Source: a virus (taxonomy: Duplodnaviria > Caudoviricetes). From it: DNA of 55,042 nt. The stretch is from IMG/VR virus record IMGVR_UViG_3300017991_000133, positions 1-55,042 of that record; one strand, written 5' to 3'. Below are positions 53,835 to 55,042 of this stretch, piece after piece. The translations under genes were made by a program, and so were the position numbers. The notes below the pieces were generated by a model, which saw nothing but the letters and a program-made list of their open reading frames with translations, was not told where the DNA came from and made no database searches. Within the stretch, counting starts at the first letter, position 1. Each line of letters opens with the position of its first letter.

Positions 53835-54750
53835 TCATTCGACTATCACCCCAATTTCTTCGAGCATCTTCCTGAGAAACGTATGCGGTGGGGTGAGGTA
53901 ACCATACCCTGTTTCTTGCCCAAACCCCTCCACCCACTTGGCGATAAACTCAGGACTCACCCGTACCCTCTGCCTCTCCTGTATCATCTCGTAAATCTGC
54001 TCACCCGACTTGTACCACCACTCGATTATCTCTTTGAGCTGGGCATGGGCTTGAATAGCCAAATCCTGAGCTTCGTCATCGGCAGCATTTGGGATATATC
54101 TATCAAAGACTTTTTTCAATATGTGTACCAACCCCTTTTCCCCTAGCTTCTCACTCATCGCTTGCCTCCTTTTCTCCATAATATGAAAAAGCTATCCCCA
54201 ATTCTCCCTCTACTCTGTGTCCATATTTTTTTGCATGAATTTTCGCAATCGCTTGTGCGTTTTTATAGCTGTATGTTTCCCAGCCACAGTCTATACATCG
54301 GACATGTCCATGAATAACACCATATTTATATTTCATCCCTCCTCCTCTTCCTCTATACGCCCCGATTCTACGGGGGTACAGGGTCTATACTTTGGACAAA
54401 CATCACGCAGATACCTTGATATGCAATGACTCCCCTCCAAAATACAATGCAAATCTTTCTCATGGATACAGCAATCAGATACTTTACTCATGATCTCCTT
54501 GCTGAGCCTGATTACCTCAGGTGTGATGTCACTTTGTTTCATCGGTTACCTCCTCAGTAGAATTGGGGGCAATCATGGATAGATGGGTATCCACAGCCAT
54601 CGTCCCATCCCGACTCATATCATGCGACAACGGGAAATAACGCCCGTCTTTCTGTCTATTGTGCTGAAACAGTGACAGCATCCAGACCGTCAGTCGTTTA
54701 CCACTCATGCCCCCGTTGGTTGACTTCATCCAATTACCCAAAATAACCAC
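53835..54750 (-). CDS. Small AT-rich hypothetical ORFs (53835-54158, 54151-54336, 54333-54542, possibly 54529-54750)
   Basis: Overlapping chain, low GC; same style as 22-910. Confidence 0.65.
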
Positions 54751-55042
54751 TTATAAATAACTGTCTTATTCCCTTTGAGTGTTAATCTTTTGGGAATTAA
54801 ATAGTAAATACCATTGAGAGTGATAATATTTTGCTTTGTGTATTTTTATACTCATTTCTTCACCACCTCCAAAAGTGCGGAGAGTAGGGCTTCGTGGGGG
54901 CTTGATTTCGAAACGTGCATCTTAGTGGTAGCTGTACCCTTATAAATTCCAACCTCATACCACAAAAGCATGTCCCTCATTAATATCTGCTCGTCTAACT
55001 CTCTCAACTTCTCCAAACAATCCGAGATGGAGGGAATGGGGA

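Noticed and set aside
54852-55042. Exact circular closure of the window (ATG at position 3-1 joining the truncated ORF at the right end)
   Set aside because: Direct joining puts the ATG out of frame with the plausible reading (PIPSISDCLEKLRE...), so some sequence is missing; no terminal repeat was seen.
1-55042. tRNA, rRNA, integrase, reverse transcriptase/DGR, IS elements
   Set aside because: None was recognised by eye; tRNAscan-SE and HMM searches would be needed to exclude them firmly.

Overview
This is a near-complete genome of a tailed dsDNA phage (siphovirus-type, GC-rich, probably with a diderm host). Almost all genes lie on the - strand. Reading down from the right end: small AT-rich accessory ORFs, a lysis region (holin-like protein, NlpC/P60 endolysin, spanin-like pair), a ParB-methyltransferase, a PAPS-reductase-family gene, terminases, portal, a sulfotransferase, a MuF-ADP-ribosyltransferase, a ~1240-aa multi-enzyme protein ending in a prohead protease, a radical SAM gene, scaffold/capsid, a glycosyl/sulfo/methyl-transferase cluster inside the neck genes, and the tail module. 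Leftward from a divergent promoter at ~10.85 kb are Cro-like, recombination and replication genes. The standout is the only + strand operon (11.1-15.2 kb). It has a consensus sigma70 promoter, a boxA-like site and a structured leader, followed by seven type II hammerhead ribozymes. Six sit right at a stop codon, and all precede a U-rich tract and strong Shine-Dalgarno, so the early mRNA is predicted to cut itself into insulated one- to three-gene units. The seventh ribozyme is an unusual core variant. All calls come from reading motifs and base-pairing by eye; no searches or folding programs were run.
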